This document shows positions 46,187 to 55,693 of a stretch of DNA of 62,407 nt, piece after piece. The position numbers and the translations under genes were made by a program. This DNA comes from Candidatus Daviesbacteria bacterium (GTDB lineage Bacteria > Patescibacteriota > Microgenomatia > Daviesbacterales > UBA10151): contig DOWS01000046.1 in NCBI GenBank assembly GCA_003519445.1, positions 1 to 62,407 on the forward strand, read 5' to 3'. The stretch's first letter is position 1. Every line of letters begins with the position of its first letter. The notes below the pieces were generated by a model, which was not told the DNA's origin, did not search any database, and saw only the letters and a program-made list of their open reading frames with translations.

Positions 46187-47218
46187 ATGTCAAAAGATTA
46201 TAATTTAAAAGGCAAAAGGATTTTAATTACAGGAGGGGCATCTTTTATCGGGTCGCATCTTATTGATCATCTTTTGCCCAAAAAACCTAAAAACATTAGG
46301 GTTGTGGATGATCTGTCGGCCGGAAAAAAAGAGAATATTGCCGGATACATTAAATCTAAAACAGTAGAATTTATTTTAGGTGATTTAAAGCAGCAATCAG
46401 TTACCAGAAAAGCCGTTAAAAACATTGATTTAATTTTTCATTTGGCAGCAGATCATGGAGGAAGAGGTTATGTTGATCTTCACCAATCAGGTCCGGCTTC
46501 CAATAATTTTTTATCAGGATTGATATTTTGGGAAGCACTGTTGGCCGGAGTGGAGAAAATAGTCTATGCGTCATCGGGCTGCGTTTATCCAAATCATATC
46601 CAAAAAGATCCAAAAAAGATTCTTTATTTAACCGAAGATATGGTTGGTCCGCCTTTTGATCCGGATAATGAATATGGTTGGGAAAAGTTAACCAGCGAAA
46701 GAGTGCTTCGGGCATATTGCAAAGAAAGAGGTTTGAGAGCTGCTTCCTGCAGGTATTTTACTGTTTACGGACCAAAAGGCAAAGAAGATCATGCGGTGAT
46801 TGCTTTTATAGCGAGAGCTTTCATCGGTCAGGATCCGTTTGAAGTTTGGGGCAATGGTAAACAAATTAGAAACTGGACTTATGTTTCTGATATTGCCAAG
46901 GGAACAATTTTGGCGGCGGAGAAAATTGACAACGGAGCCGGCATCAATTTGGGGACAATGGAAAGAGTAACAGTATTAGAGGCGGTTGCGGAGGTTTTAA
47001 AGTACACCGGGCATAAAACTAGGATTAAACTGTTAAAAAATATGCCTACAGGTCCCATGAACAGAGTGGCAGATAATAGTTTGGCTAAAAAGCTTTTGGG
47101 TTGGGAGCCGGAAGTTAAATTTAATGAGGGACTGCATAAAACTATTGACTGGTATTTTGCCAATAAAACCAGAGAAGAAGTTAGAAACAAGTTTGCGCAG
47201 AAATTAACGGAGAGATGA
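46187..47218 (+). CDS. NAD-dependent nucleotide-sugar epimerase/dehydratase (extended SDR, GDP-mannose 3,5-epimerase-like)
   Basis: TGGASFIG, HLAADHGGRGY, SSGCVYP, YGWEK, VWG.G.Q.R...Y. Confidence 0.82.
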   Translation: MSKDYNLKGKRILITGGASFIGSHLIDHLLPKKPKNIRVVDDLSAGKKENIAGYIKSKTVEFILGDLKQQSVTRKAVKNIDLIFHLAADHGGRGYVDLHQSGPASNNFLSGLIFWEALLAGVEKIVYASSGCVYPNHIQKDPKKILYLTEDMVGPPFDPDNEYGWEKLTSERVLRAYCKERGLRAASCRYFTVYGPKGKEDHAVIAFIARAFIGQDPFEVWGNGKQIRNWTYVSDIAKGTILAAEKIDNGAGINLGTMERVTVLEAVAEVLKYTGHKTRIKLLKNMPTGPMNRVADNSLAKKLLGWEPEVKFNEGLHKTIDWYFANKTREEVRNKFAQKLTER

Positions 47219-47920
47219 GTACTTCGGCAGGTTTGAAAAATAAACTTTCCAGATAGCTTTTAAAACATTAATTCCGTCTTGCAATGCTCTAATTCCGGAG
47301 GTTCCGCCCACTCTTTTGGTATAAGTTATAGGGATTTGCACTAAATTCATGCCCATCCGGCAAGCTTTGGTGACTGTTTCCGCTTCATATTCAAAATGTC
47401 TTTCTTTTAAATCAAGTGCCAAGAAAGCATTTCTTTTAAATCCTTTGAAACCGGCCATAACATCGGTAATCCGTTTTCCGCAGCCAATGGAGGTAGCAGC
47501 AGACATTACCCAGTTGCCAAAGTAGTTTTGAAAAGTGATAGACCCCTTTTCTATTTTGCCGTTACTAAATCTGGTGCCGATAACGACATCAGCCCCTTTA
47601 TCAAGCGCCTCTACAAATAAGGGAATCTCAAAGGGCTGAAATTGATGATCCGTATCGATTTGGATAATATAGTCGCCTGTAGCCAAAAGCCCTCCCGCCC
47701 AAAAATCAGCCCCCTTGCCTCTTTTAAAGGGGAAACGCAAGATTCTATCTACCCGCATTCTTTTGGCAATCTCTATAGTTTTATCTTTGGATGCGGCATC
47801 TGCCACAATAATTTCTATTGGAAAAAATTTCTTTAAGACTCGACAATCCTTAATAGTTCTTCCAATATTTTTTTCCTCATTATAGGAGGTTAAAATTATA
47901 CTGACTAGTTTTGCTTTCAT
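47204..47920 (-). CDS. GT2, DPM1-like polyprenyl-phosphate sugar synthase
   Basis: YNEE, RGKG, DTDHQ, GTRF, TDVMAGFK, EVPI-like QIPITY..R. Confidence 0.82.
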   Translation of the reverse strand: MKAKLVSIILTSYNEEKNIGRTIKDCRVLKKFFPIEIIVADAASKDKTIEIAKRMRVDRILRFPFKRGKGADFWAGGLLATGDYIIQIDTDHQFQPFEIPLFVEALDKGADVVIGTRFSNGKIEKGSITFQNYFGNWVMSAATSIGCGKRITDVMAGFKGFKRNAFLALDLKERHFEYEAETVTKACRMGMNLVQIPITYTKRVGGTSGIRALQDGINVLKAIWKVYFSNLPKYSSLR

Positions 47921-47991
47921 GGCATTTTGGTAAAGTTTAGCTTATCTTATAGCCTTGTTTCTGTCAATAATCGAAAAATCTGTGATTGACA

Positions 47992-49023
47992 TTAAGGAAA
48001 ATAATTAAGGTGGCATTGCGGATATGCACCCCGAGCATAATGATAAGCGCCATTGGTTGTAATTCTAACTTCTTCCATGCGTAGATTGATTCCTTTTATC
48101 GTAAACCATGCTCCAATAAATTCTTTGCACTCTTCTGTAATTCCAAAGGGGGGTCTTTTCTTGTCAAACCAAAATTGCATACTTGGTCCTGCTCCGGAAA
48201 CAGCAAGAGCAATGCGGTATTTTTCATAAAGCTCATGCTTCAATGCGGCAAATTCACTTGCCGAAAAATTTCCATATATCCCCTCTTCTGCTCGCCGTGG
48301 TTCATGGTATTCGTCTCCTAGGACAAACTTTAGGAAATCACCTACATTGCCTCTTTCTAATGATAAAGCTCCTGCTACTGCTCGCCCAACTTGCCTGACT
48401 AAAAGTTTTCCTTCCACAGGATCTTCAAGAACTTTCCTGGTACTTTCTGTTCCTTCCGTCTTTTGATGGGAAGAAAAACCTATTGCCAAACCTAAGTCTC
48501 TTGGAGGTGGTACTTGGACAACAAACAATTCCTTGCTACTGGGCACATCAGATAAAAAGACTATTCCTCCTAATACTGATGGTGCTACATTATCTTTATG
48601 TTCTTGTGGTTCACCTTTTGCGCTGGCTATAATTATATCTCGGGTAGAAACAGATTGTCCGAATAAAACAGCCGCAGCAATAACAGCTCCTGTAGCTTCT
48701 GCTCCGGAAGAACCGGTTCCTCCACTCAAAAAACCTTCTCTGCTGATATCCTTAATGGTTAATCTACAGCCTTGTTGCCCTTTGTCTATGCTTTTAAGAT
48801 ATTGCTCCAATGCTCTTACTCCTGCATATCCCCGTTCCCGTCCTCTAGGAACAGGAATATCACTTATTGCTAGCAAATCAATAGCATTTCCATCAATTAG
48901 CTCAAGAGTAACTTCTAACATCCAATCTTGGATTGCTGCGCCGGCTCTATCAAAATAGGGTCCTAAATTTGCTGTTGAACCGGGAACTTGAATAGTCACC
49001 CGATCAAGGTGTTCAATTGCCAT
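47992..49023 (-). CDS. Divergent GHMP kinase, homoserine kinase (ThrB)-like
   Basis: PGSTANLGPYFD, GTGSSGA, H.DNVAPSVLGG, HEP.R, SGAGPS. Start set at ATG 49023, downstream of TTGACT(49071-49066)-N17-TATATT(49048-49043). Confidence 0.75.
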   Translation of the reverse strand: MAIEHLDRVTIQVPGSTANLGPYFDRAGAAIQDWMLEVTLELIDGNAIDLLAISDIPVPRGRERGYAGVRALEQYLKSIDKGQQGCRLTIKDISREGFLSGGTGSSGAEATGAVIAAAVLFGQSVSTRDIIIASAKGEPQEHKDNVAPSVLGGIVFLSDVPSSKELFVVQVPPPRDLGLAIGFSSHQKTEGTESTRKVLEDPVEGKLLVRQVGRAVAGALSLERGNVGDFLKFVLGDEYHEPRRAEEGIYGNFSASEFAALKHELYEKYRIALAVSGAGPSMQFWFDKKRPPFGITEECKEFIGAWFTIKGINLRMEEVRITTNGAYHYARGAYPQCHLNYFP

Positions 49024-49071
49024 AATTACAGGACAGAAGTAAAATATAACAAAAATCACGCTAAAAGTCAA

Positions 49072-49205
49072 ACACGAGTTTCGCACTTGTCATTCCTGCG
49101 AATGCAGGAATCTAATTAACAACTTATGCTTATTCGTAATTGGATCCCCGCCTGCGCGGGGATGACGGGAAAAACCAAAGATGAGAAATACTGCGAAACT
49201 TGTGT
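49072..49205. mobile_element. MITE-like nested palindromic element: 14-bp terminal inverted repeats enclosing an inverted pair of GTC-type REP-like hairpins
   Basis: ACACGAGTTTCGCA (49072-85) and TGCGAAACTTGTGT (49192-205) match at 13/14. Both are flanked by CAA (49069-71, 49206-08). Inner units are GTCATTCCTGCGAATGCAGGAATC (49089-112) and GATCCCCGCCTGCGCGGGGATGAC (49143-166). Confidence 0.7.
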
Positions 49206-49261
49206 CAAAATGCGAAATCATATTGATTTTGGCAATGCTTTGTAGTAGGATCGTTTAGTTT

Positions 49262-50590
49262 ATGGATGATAAAAAGATTGCTATTTTTGGGGTGGGAAGA
49301 GTAGGGCTGCCATTAGCTTTGGTTTTGGCAGAAAAAGGATTTGTTGTTACAGGTATTGATGTTGACCCTTACAGGATAAATCTTTTAAAACATAAAATTA
49401 TGCCTTTTATGGAAGAAGGCGCAGCACAGCTTTTGGAAAAACACAGCGGTAAAAATTTTCAAGTTTTTTCTCAAGAACATATAGATAGGATAGTAGCCGA
49501 AAACGCAGTAATTATCTTTACTCTGGGTACACCGATAGATGACACATATAGTCCTAATTTTTCCGATATAGAAAAATTAATCAGGAGAATCTCCCCGGTT
49601 ATTAAATCCGGACATACTATAATTTTACGGAGTACGGTTTCTCCCGGCGCTACCGAGCAGCTGGCAAGACAATTGGAAGAGCAAACAAAACTGATTTTGG
49701 GGAAAACCTTATTTTTAGCATATTGTCCCGAGAGAATTGCAGAAGGTAAATCTGTGGAAGAACTGGGGCAAATACCGCAAATTATTGGCAGTTTGGAAGA
49801 AAGTAGCGCCAAAAAAGCCGCAAACATTTTTGAAAAGATTGCCCCAAAGATTTTATTTACCAACACCAGATCTGCAGAACTGGCCAAGTTATTTTGCAAT
49901 ATGTACCGCTACATAGATTTTGCCATTGGTAATGAATTCATGATGATTGCGGAAAGTTATGGATGTGATATTTACGACGTATTAAAGCTTGTTAATAACG
50001 ACTACAAAAGGGCAGGGCTAAAATCACCGGGATTAACAGCAGGGCCATGTCTTGTCAAAGATGGTTTCTTTTTGATAGACAAGAGCCCTTATATGGAACT
50101 GGTCACAGCGGCCTGGAGATTAAACGAGAATATCCCCGGGTATCTACTATCAAGAATAAAGGAACAAGTTGGGGATTTAACCAAGAAAAAAGTAGCTATT
50201 TTAGGTCTGGCTTTTAAAAAAAATATAGACGATACCCGCTATTCACTGTCTCCCAAACTAAAAAGATATTTTCTGGCAGAAGGCGCCAAGGTTTCTGTCA
50301 GTGATCCTTTTATCGATTCCCAGCCGCTTGAAGATGCCCTTTTGGGTGCGGAGATTTTAATTATCGGAGTGAATCACGATGTTTTTAAAAATATCACTTT
50401 TGAATACCTCTCAAAATTTGTCTCTTCCGATTGCATTATTGCGGATATCTGGAATATTTTCCAAACCGGTAAGATTGTTTTTTATTTTAAGGATGTTTTA
50501 AAAAAGGGTAAGACCGAAATCAAACCCAACGGAGAGATGAAAACCTATGAAAAAAATAAGCACTTGGAACGGAGAAGAGTATCGGCGTGA
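49262..50590 (+). CDS. UDP-glucose/GDP-mannose dehydrogenase family nucleotide-sugar dehydrogenase (WecC-like)
   Basis: GVGRVGLP, RSTV.PG.T, CPERIAEG, AELAKL..N, GPCLVKD, GLAFK..DD.R.S. Confidence 0.9.
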   Translation: MDDKKIAIFGVGRVGLPLALVLAEKGFVVTGIDVDPYRINLLKHKIMPFMEEGAAQLLEKHSGKNFQVFSQEHIDRIVAENAVIIFTLGTPIDDTYSPNFSDIEKLIRRISPVIKSGHTIILRSTVSPGATEQLARQLEEQTKLILGKTLFLAYCPERIAEGKSVEELGQIPQIIGSLEESSAKKAANIFEKIAPKILFTNTRSAELAKLFCNMYRYIDFAIGNEFMMIAESYGCDIYDVLKLVNNDYKRAGLKSPGLTAGPCLVKDGFFLIDKSPYMELVTAAWRLNENIPGYLLSRIKEQVGDLTKKKVAILGLAFKKNIDDTRYSLSPKLKRYFLAEGAKVSVSDPFIDSQPLEDALLGAEILIIGVNHDVFKNITFEYLSKFVSSDCIIADIWNIFQTGKIVFYFKDVLKKGKTEIKPNGEMKTYEKNKHLERRRVSA

Positions 50591-51537
50591 AAACAAAAGT
50601 GCTAGTTACAGGTGGCGCGGGGTTTATTGGTAGCGAAGTGGTTAAACAACTTCTGGAAAAAGGGTATCAAGTTCGCGTTGCTGATGATTTATCCAAAAAA
50701 GAAGCAAAAGTACCTGCGAATTGCGAATTTTTAAGAGTGGATCTGACAAATAAAGATGCGGCAGTAAGAGCTATGGATGAAGTTGATTATTGCATCCATC
50801 TGGCTGCCAAAATTGGGGGGATAGGCTATTTTCATAAATACCCTGCCACAATTTTATCCGAAAACAATAAAATGTACTCAAGCGTTTTTGAAGCGGCAGT
50901 TGCAAAAAAGATCAAGAGAATAATCTATCTTTCTTCATCAATGGTTTTTGAATCAACAGATAGTTTTCCAAGCAAAGAGAAAGATATTGGTAAGATCCCT
51001 CCGCCGGTTTCAAGTTACGGATTTTCAAAACTGGTAGGCGAGTGGTATTGCAGATCATTCTTTGATGAACATGGACTTAAATATACTATTATCAGGCCTT
51101 TTAATGCCTATGGAATTAATGAAGCGCCGGGTGAGGAAGTGGGGTATGCCCATGTTATACCGGATCTAATAAAAAAGATTTTAGCCGGCCAATATCCGCT
51201 TGCGCTTTTAGGTGACGGTAAACAAACCAGATGTTTTACTCATGTATCGGATATTGCCCAAGGGATTATTCTGGCCATGGAATCAAGCAAGGCGGAAAAC
51301 GAAGATTTTAATATCGGCTCGGAGAAGGAAATGACAATGTTGCAGCTGGCAAAGTTGCTTTGGGAAAAATGCCAAATGAAAAAGGCTTTTAAGGTAAAAT
51401 ATGTCCCCGGCTTTAAATATGATATAAGAAAAAGAGTGCCTTCTTCAAAAAAAGCAAAAAAAGTTTTGGGGTGGATTGAGAAGAAAAAATTTGCAGAAGA
51501 GTTGCCAAAAGTGATAGAGTGGATTAAAATGCAGTAA
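50587..51537 (+). CDS. NAD-dependent epimerase/dehydratase/decarboxylase (extended SDR)
   Basis: TGGAGFIG, HLAA, SSSMV, YGFSK, RPFNAYG, GDG.QTR.F; GTGA-coupled to the dehydrogenase. Confidence 0.88.
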   Translation: MKTKVLVTGGAGFIGSEVVKQLLEKGYQVRVADDLSKKEAKVPANCEFLRVDLTNKDAAVRAMDEVDYCIHLAAKIGGIGYFHKYPATILSENNKMYSSVFEAAVAKKIKRIIYLSSSMVFESTDSFPSKEKDIGKIPPPVSSYGFSKLVGEWYCRSFFDEHGLKYTIIRPFNAYGINEAPGEEVGYAHVIPDLIKKILAGQYPLALLGDGKQTRCFTHVSDIAQGIILAMESSKAENEDFNIGSEKEMTMLQLAKLLWEKCQMKKAFKVKYVPGFKYDIRKRVPSSKKAKKVLGWIEKKKFAEELPKVIEWIKMQ

Positions 51538-51538
51538 A

Positions 51539-52036
51539 ATGAATATGAGTAAATTAATTATTAAAATAACTTCTTTTTTAATAATCCCCTTGTTGATAAC
51601 AGGGCTGGTTTTTGCAGACAATGCATCTTTAAGTTTACCAAATACCAAAATAAATCCGGGCTCTTTTTACTATCCTGTAAAAAGATTATGGGAAAAAGGG
51701 CAGGAGAAATTACAATTTAGTAAACAGGCGAAAATAAATTTCTATCAGTCCTTATTAAAAACTAAGCTATCAGAATTAAATTATGTTGTAGAAAAAAAAT
51801 TTCTGTCAGAGGTACAAAGTGCCAGTGAACGGTTTGCCTACCAAGCAGGAATTTTGACAGAGGAGCTAATAAGACAAAATAAATCTGCAGATAAAGAAAA
51901 TGTTATAAAAGAATTTGAGAGATTTAGTCCATTTTTAGATACCCTACGGGATAAGTATGAAGCGAATTCCAGTTATTGGATGCTGATTCAGCATGATATT
52001 AATACTCTGGGAATACTTTCAGCGCAGCTTAAATAA
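51539..52036 (+). CDS. Exported helical protein (DUF5667-like)
   Basis: Signal peptide (VFA-DN) and PGSFYYPVKRLWEK motif. Confidence 0.55.
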   Translation: MNMSKLIIKITSFLIIPLLITGLVFADNASLSLPNTKINPGSFYYPVKRLWEKGQEKLQFSKQAKINFYQSLLKTKLSELNYVVEKKFLSEVQSASERFAYQAGILTEELIRQNKSADKENVIKEFERFSPFLDTLRDKYEANSSYWMLIQHDINTLGILSAQLK

Positions 52037-52039
52037 TTT

Positions 52040-52735
52040 CTATCGAATAAATCTTTCTTGCCCAATTGGTCCGACAAACAACTTGCCTATATCTCTTGCT
52101 TTCAGATAAGTAAATAATTCATCAAAACTTGCTAATTCACCTGTGGCTTGATATCGAAAAACTCTTTCAAGTTCATCCCGAATATGGTCAACTCTGGGTT
52201 TTTCCTGAAAACCTTGATTGCCTCTCACTTCTGCTTGCCACGGAGTATCAGGAGGAGCAGCGGTATAAATAGCCATCATATATCCGGATTGTTCCATCGC
52301 CTGTACCATTCCTAGAGTGGCCCGCAAAAGCTGATGTGGTTGAGCCAAAATAACCCCGCTTAACCATCCTCTTTCTTCAGCCTGTTTCACGAAGGCCTCA
52401 TTTTCATGTCGGGTGTGAAATGCTCTCATATCGGGATGTAGAATTTTTTCAGGTGGAACCCTATGTTTTTGAGTTAATTGATTAATACACCAGCTCATAC
52501 CCGGATTTGCCTCATAAGGAGTGGTGCTGCCAACTCTTTCGCCTTCGTTATTTGTAATTGTTATGAATCCCACTTGTCTAATCATTGCCCTGGCTATTTC
52601 AAAAAGGCCGGTATAATCCCCAAAAGAACGGTTATGAAAAAAAAGCACATCAACTCCCCCTCTAGGTTGTCCACTTAAAAGCATTACAGTTGCTTGATAA
52701 AGCCTTAACTCTTCGCTAGGATTGTCTAAAAGCAT
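52040..52735 (-). CDS. Hypothetical protein, DUF218/ElyC-like Rossmannoid
   Basis: HTRHENEAFV..A...GW...VILAQPHQLLRA resembles the NT.ENA...VTS..H..RA motifs. Confidence 0.5.
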   Translation of the reverse strand: MLLDNPSEELRLYQATVMLLSGQPRGGVDVLFFHNRSFGDYTGLFEIARAMIRQVGFITITNNEGERVGSTTPYEANPGMSWCINQLTQKHRVPPEKILHPDMRAFHTRHENEAFVKQAEERGWLSGVILAQPHQLLRATLGMVQAMEQSGYMMAIYTAAPPDTPWQAEVRGNQGFQEKPRVDHIRDELERVFRYQATGELASFDELFTYLKARDIGKLFVGPIGQERFIR

Positions 52736-52743
52736 AGTTACAA

Positions 52744-52804
52744 ATTATATCACTATAGGGTCGTAGTTTCAACTATTGAAATAACTACTTTCTCAAAGTA
52801 GAAT
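52744..52804. promoter_or_regulatory. Back-to-back divergent promoters with palindromic -35 boxes
   Basis: Minus strand: TTGAAA(52772-67)-N17-TATAAT(52749-44). Plus strand: TTGAAA(52776-81)-N17-TAGAAT(52799-804). Confidence 0.65.
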
Positions 52805-54049
52805 ATGCCAGTGAGTAAAAAAGAAGTAGTGAAATTAGATAATTGTAGGGCTTGTGACAGTAGCGACCTATTACTTTTTCTTCAATTGGGACCGACACCC
52901 GTACCAAATGGATTTTTAAAGGCACACCACCGGCATAAGGCAGAAAAGTTTTATCCTTTGGATGTTTGTTTTTGTAAAGATTGCGGATTGGTACAATTGG
53001 CCCATGTTGTTTCCCCCAAAGTAATGTTTAAAAATTATGTATATATTCCTTCAACTTCCGAAACTATGCGTATTCATTTTACATCCCTTACAAAACAGGC
53101 AATTAAGAAAACAAATGCTAAAGAGGAAGATATGGTTTTGGATATTGGTTCAAATGACGGTACCCTTCTAAATGCATTCAAAATACAAAAAATGAAAATA
53201 TTAGGTGTTGACCCGGCGGAGAATCTTGCCAAAAAAGCCAATAAAGAGGGAATTAATACTATATGCGCTTTGTTTACAAAAGAGTTGGCAAAAAAAATAA
53301 AAAAAGAATACGGCCAAGTAAAAATTATTACAGCTACCAATGTAGTGGCTCACATACACGACCTGCATGATTTTTTGGAAGGAATAAAAATTTTACTTTC
53401 CGGTAAGGGATTATTTATTGCAGAATTTCCCTATCTTTGTGATTTAATTGAGGAAGTGGAATTTGATACAATTTATCAAGAACATCTTTCATATTTTTCA
53501 ATTTCGCCGTTTGATAAACTTCTAAAAAAACACGGTTTAAAGTTAATAGATGTTGAAAGACTCTCTGTACATGGGGGTTCGGTCAGAGTATTTATCAGTA
53601 ATAAAGGTGTAAACAGCCTTGAGGTAAAGAAACTATTGCAACTGGAGAAAAATAAAAAACTTTTGAGTCCGGAGACATACCTGAAATTCAGAAGAAAAGT
53701 AGATAAAATTCGACATGAATTGGTTCAACAGCTTTGGAGCTTGCGCCTTAAAGGTAAAAGTATTGTCGGATATGGTGCATCGGCGAAAGGGAATGTAATG
53801 CTTAATTATTGCAGAATTGGACCTGAAACTCTTGATTATATAGTAGATTCAATTCCCTATAAGCAGGGAAAATATACCCCGGGGATGCATATTCCAATAT
53901 ATCCGGAGGCCAAGTTACTGGAAGATATGCCGGATTATACATTGCTTTTGGCATGGAATTTTGCAGACGAGATTATCAAGAAACAAGCAGAGTATCGCAA
54001 AAGGGGCGGAAAATTTATACTGGCTATTCCAAAACTCGCAATTGTTTAG
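52805..54049 (+). CDS. NDP-hexose C-methyltransferase (TylCIII/EryBIII/NovU-like, Zn-binding); true start possibly GTG 52811
   Basis: CRAC...CKDCGLVQL, YVY, DIGSNDG, NVVAH, FDTIYQEHLSYF, HGGS.R, YGASAKG, KQG..PG..IPI, LAWNFA.EI. Confidence 0.88.
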   Translation: MPVSKKEVVKLDNCRACDSSDLLLFLQLGPTPVPNGFLKAHHRHKAEKFYPLDVCFCKDCGLVQLAHVVSPKVMFKNYVYIPSTSETMRIHFTSLTKQAIKKTNAKEEDMVLDIGSNDGTLLNAFKIQKMKILGVDPAENLAKKANKEGINTICALFTKELAKKIKKEYGQVKIITATNVVAHIHDLHDFLEGIKILLSGKGLFIAEFPYLCDLIEEVEFDTIYQEHLSYFSISPFDKLLKKHGLKLIDVERLSVHGGSVRVFISNKGVNSLEVKKLLQLEKNKKLLSPETYLKFRRKVDKIRHELVQQLWSLRLKGKSIVGYGASAKGNVMLNYCRIGPETLDYIVDSIPYKQGKYTPGMHIPIYPEAKLLEDMPDYTLLLAWNFADEIIKKQAEYRKRGGKFILAIPKLAIV

Positions 54050-54908
54050 CTAGAATTTCAATTGTTTCCTCCCATTTTAAAAATTTTAAATCAAGTATTT
54101 TTTGAGTTTTTTCCACTTTGAGTCCGCCGTATTGAGGGTATCTAATAGGACTATCTTTTAGAAAACTTTCAATACTATTTGGTTTTACAGCATTCTTAAT
54201 ACCTCTTGCTTTTTCTATTAGATAATTTGCTAATTTATAGGGGGTAAAAATATTAACGCTGGAAGTATGAAAAATTCCGGTTGATCTTTTTGCCAAAAGA
54301 GCTTTCAAAGTTTCCGTAACCTCATTAATATAAGTGAGCGTTAAATACTGATCATTAAACATAGGATAAAGTTTCCCCATATCATAAAGCTTAAGAATTT
54401 TGCGGACATAATCCGGTTTTGGAGCATATTTAGTTCTTGAGGGATTGGAAATCCGCAAAATCGCGGCATTTTTTAGGTTATTCATCACCAGTTTTTCCGC
54501 TTCTTTTTTAGTCCAGCCATACCATGATAGAAAATCAAGGTTTTCTTCCGGTGAATCGTCTTCTGAATATGGTCCCGGATTTTCCTTTTTTCCGGAAAAA
54601 ACTACATCTGTAGAAATATAAATAAAATAAGTATCGGGATGTACTGCTCGAATCAGGTTAGCGGTTCCTTCTGCATTTACGATCCAACAGGGAGCTTTTT
54701 TGTTATTCCGTTGCTCCTCCGCCGCTGTTACATCTGTAAAAGCAGCAAAATGAATGATTATTTCCGGATCGTTCAATCTGAAAAATTTTTCCAGGGATTT
54801 TTCATCCGTAATATCTAATTCGTTTACGGGGGGGGATAAGACATCCGGGTAATTCTCAATGAAATGAGAACCAACCAAACCATTACCGCCGGTGACTAAT
54901 ATGTTCAT
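54024..54908 (-). CDS. RmlD-like NDP-4-keto-sugar reductase (SDR)
   Basis: TGGNGLVG, LDIT, HFAAFTDV, ISTDVVFSG, YGWTK. Confidence 0.82.
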   Translation of the reverse strand: MNILVTGGNGLVGSHFIENYPDVLSPPVNELDITDEKSLEKFFRLNDPEIIIHFAAFTDVTAAEEQRNNKKAPCWIVNAEGTANLIRAVHPDTYFIYISTDVVFSGKKENPGPYSEDDSPEENLDFLSWYGWTKKEAEKLVMNNLKNAAILRISNPSRTKYAPKPDYVRKILKLYDMGKLYPMFNDQYLTLTYINEVTETLKALLAKRSTGIFHTSSVNIFTPYKLANYLIEKARGIKNAVKPNSIESFLKDSPIRYPQYGGLKVEKTQKILDLKFLKWEETIEILAKQLRVLE

Positions 54909-55639
54909 ATAAAAAGATTTATCTTAAATCCTAATCTGGCTAAAATAAAAAGCCCCAGTACTTTGAATGTGCCCAATGCATATTTGATACTATTTTTTAA
55001 GCTGGCTCCCCTTTTTTTACCTATATAACTCGTTTCAACAGGCACTTGAGCTATTCTGATTTTATGATAAACCGCCTGGGCAATTAGTTCAAAGCTAAAT
55101 AAATAATTATTAGAATTTACCTGATAATTTATTTTTTCCAGCATTTTTGCGGTATATACCCTAAAACCCTGATGAAAGTCATCTAAATTTACTCCCAGCA
55201 TAATTTTGTCTATATAATTTAATAATCTAATAGGTATCCATTTCCAATAATACATGCCGGATCTTAACGGATTGTCTAGAGTTGTGAAGCGGTTGCCTAA
55301 AATAAACTCTGTGCCGGATTTAATCTTTTTAATAGCCAATGGGATAGCAGAAGGCTTATATTCACCATCCGGATGAATATCAATGATTATATCTGCTCCA
55401 GCTTTAAGGGCCAGATTTAAAGCCTTTTTCATATTACCTCCATAACCTAAATTAAATGAATTACGGTATGAGTGAATCCCTAGTTTTTTCGCCAGCATAT
55501 AGGTTTTATCTTTGGATGCATCATCAACTAAGATTATCTCATCAACTAAATTTTTAGGAAAATCATGATAAAATTTCTCCAGAGTTTGGGAAGCATTAAA
55601 TGCTAAAAAAATTGTAATAATTTTTAGTCGTTTTTTCAT
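54905..55639 (-). CDS. GT2, DPM1-like polyprenyl-phosphate sugar synthase
   Basis: DDASKD, NLGYGGNMK, HPDGEY, GNRF, HQGFRVY, VPV.T.Y. Confidence 0.82.
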   Translation of the reverse strand: MKKRLKIITIFLAFNASQTLEKFYHDFPKNLVDEIILVDDASKDKTYMLAKKLGIHSYRNSFNLGYGGNMKKALNLALKAGADIIIDIHPDGEYKPSAIPLAIKKIKSGTEFILGNRFTTLDNPLRSGMYYWKWIPIRLLNYIDKIMLGVNLDDFHQGFRVYTAKMLEKINYQVNSNNYLFSFELIAQAVYHKIRIAQVPVETSYIGKKRGASLKNSIKYALGTFKVLGLFILARLGFKINLFI

Positions 55640-55693
55640 ATGATATTATTGGCAAACATTATCACCAAATCAAAAATTTGGCAAGCAAAAATA

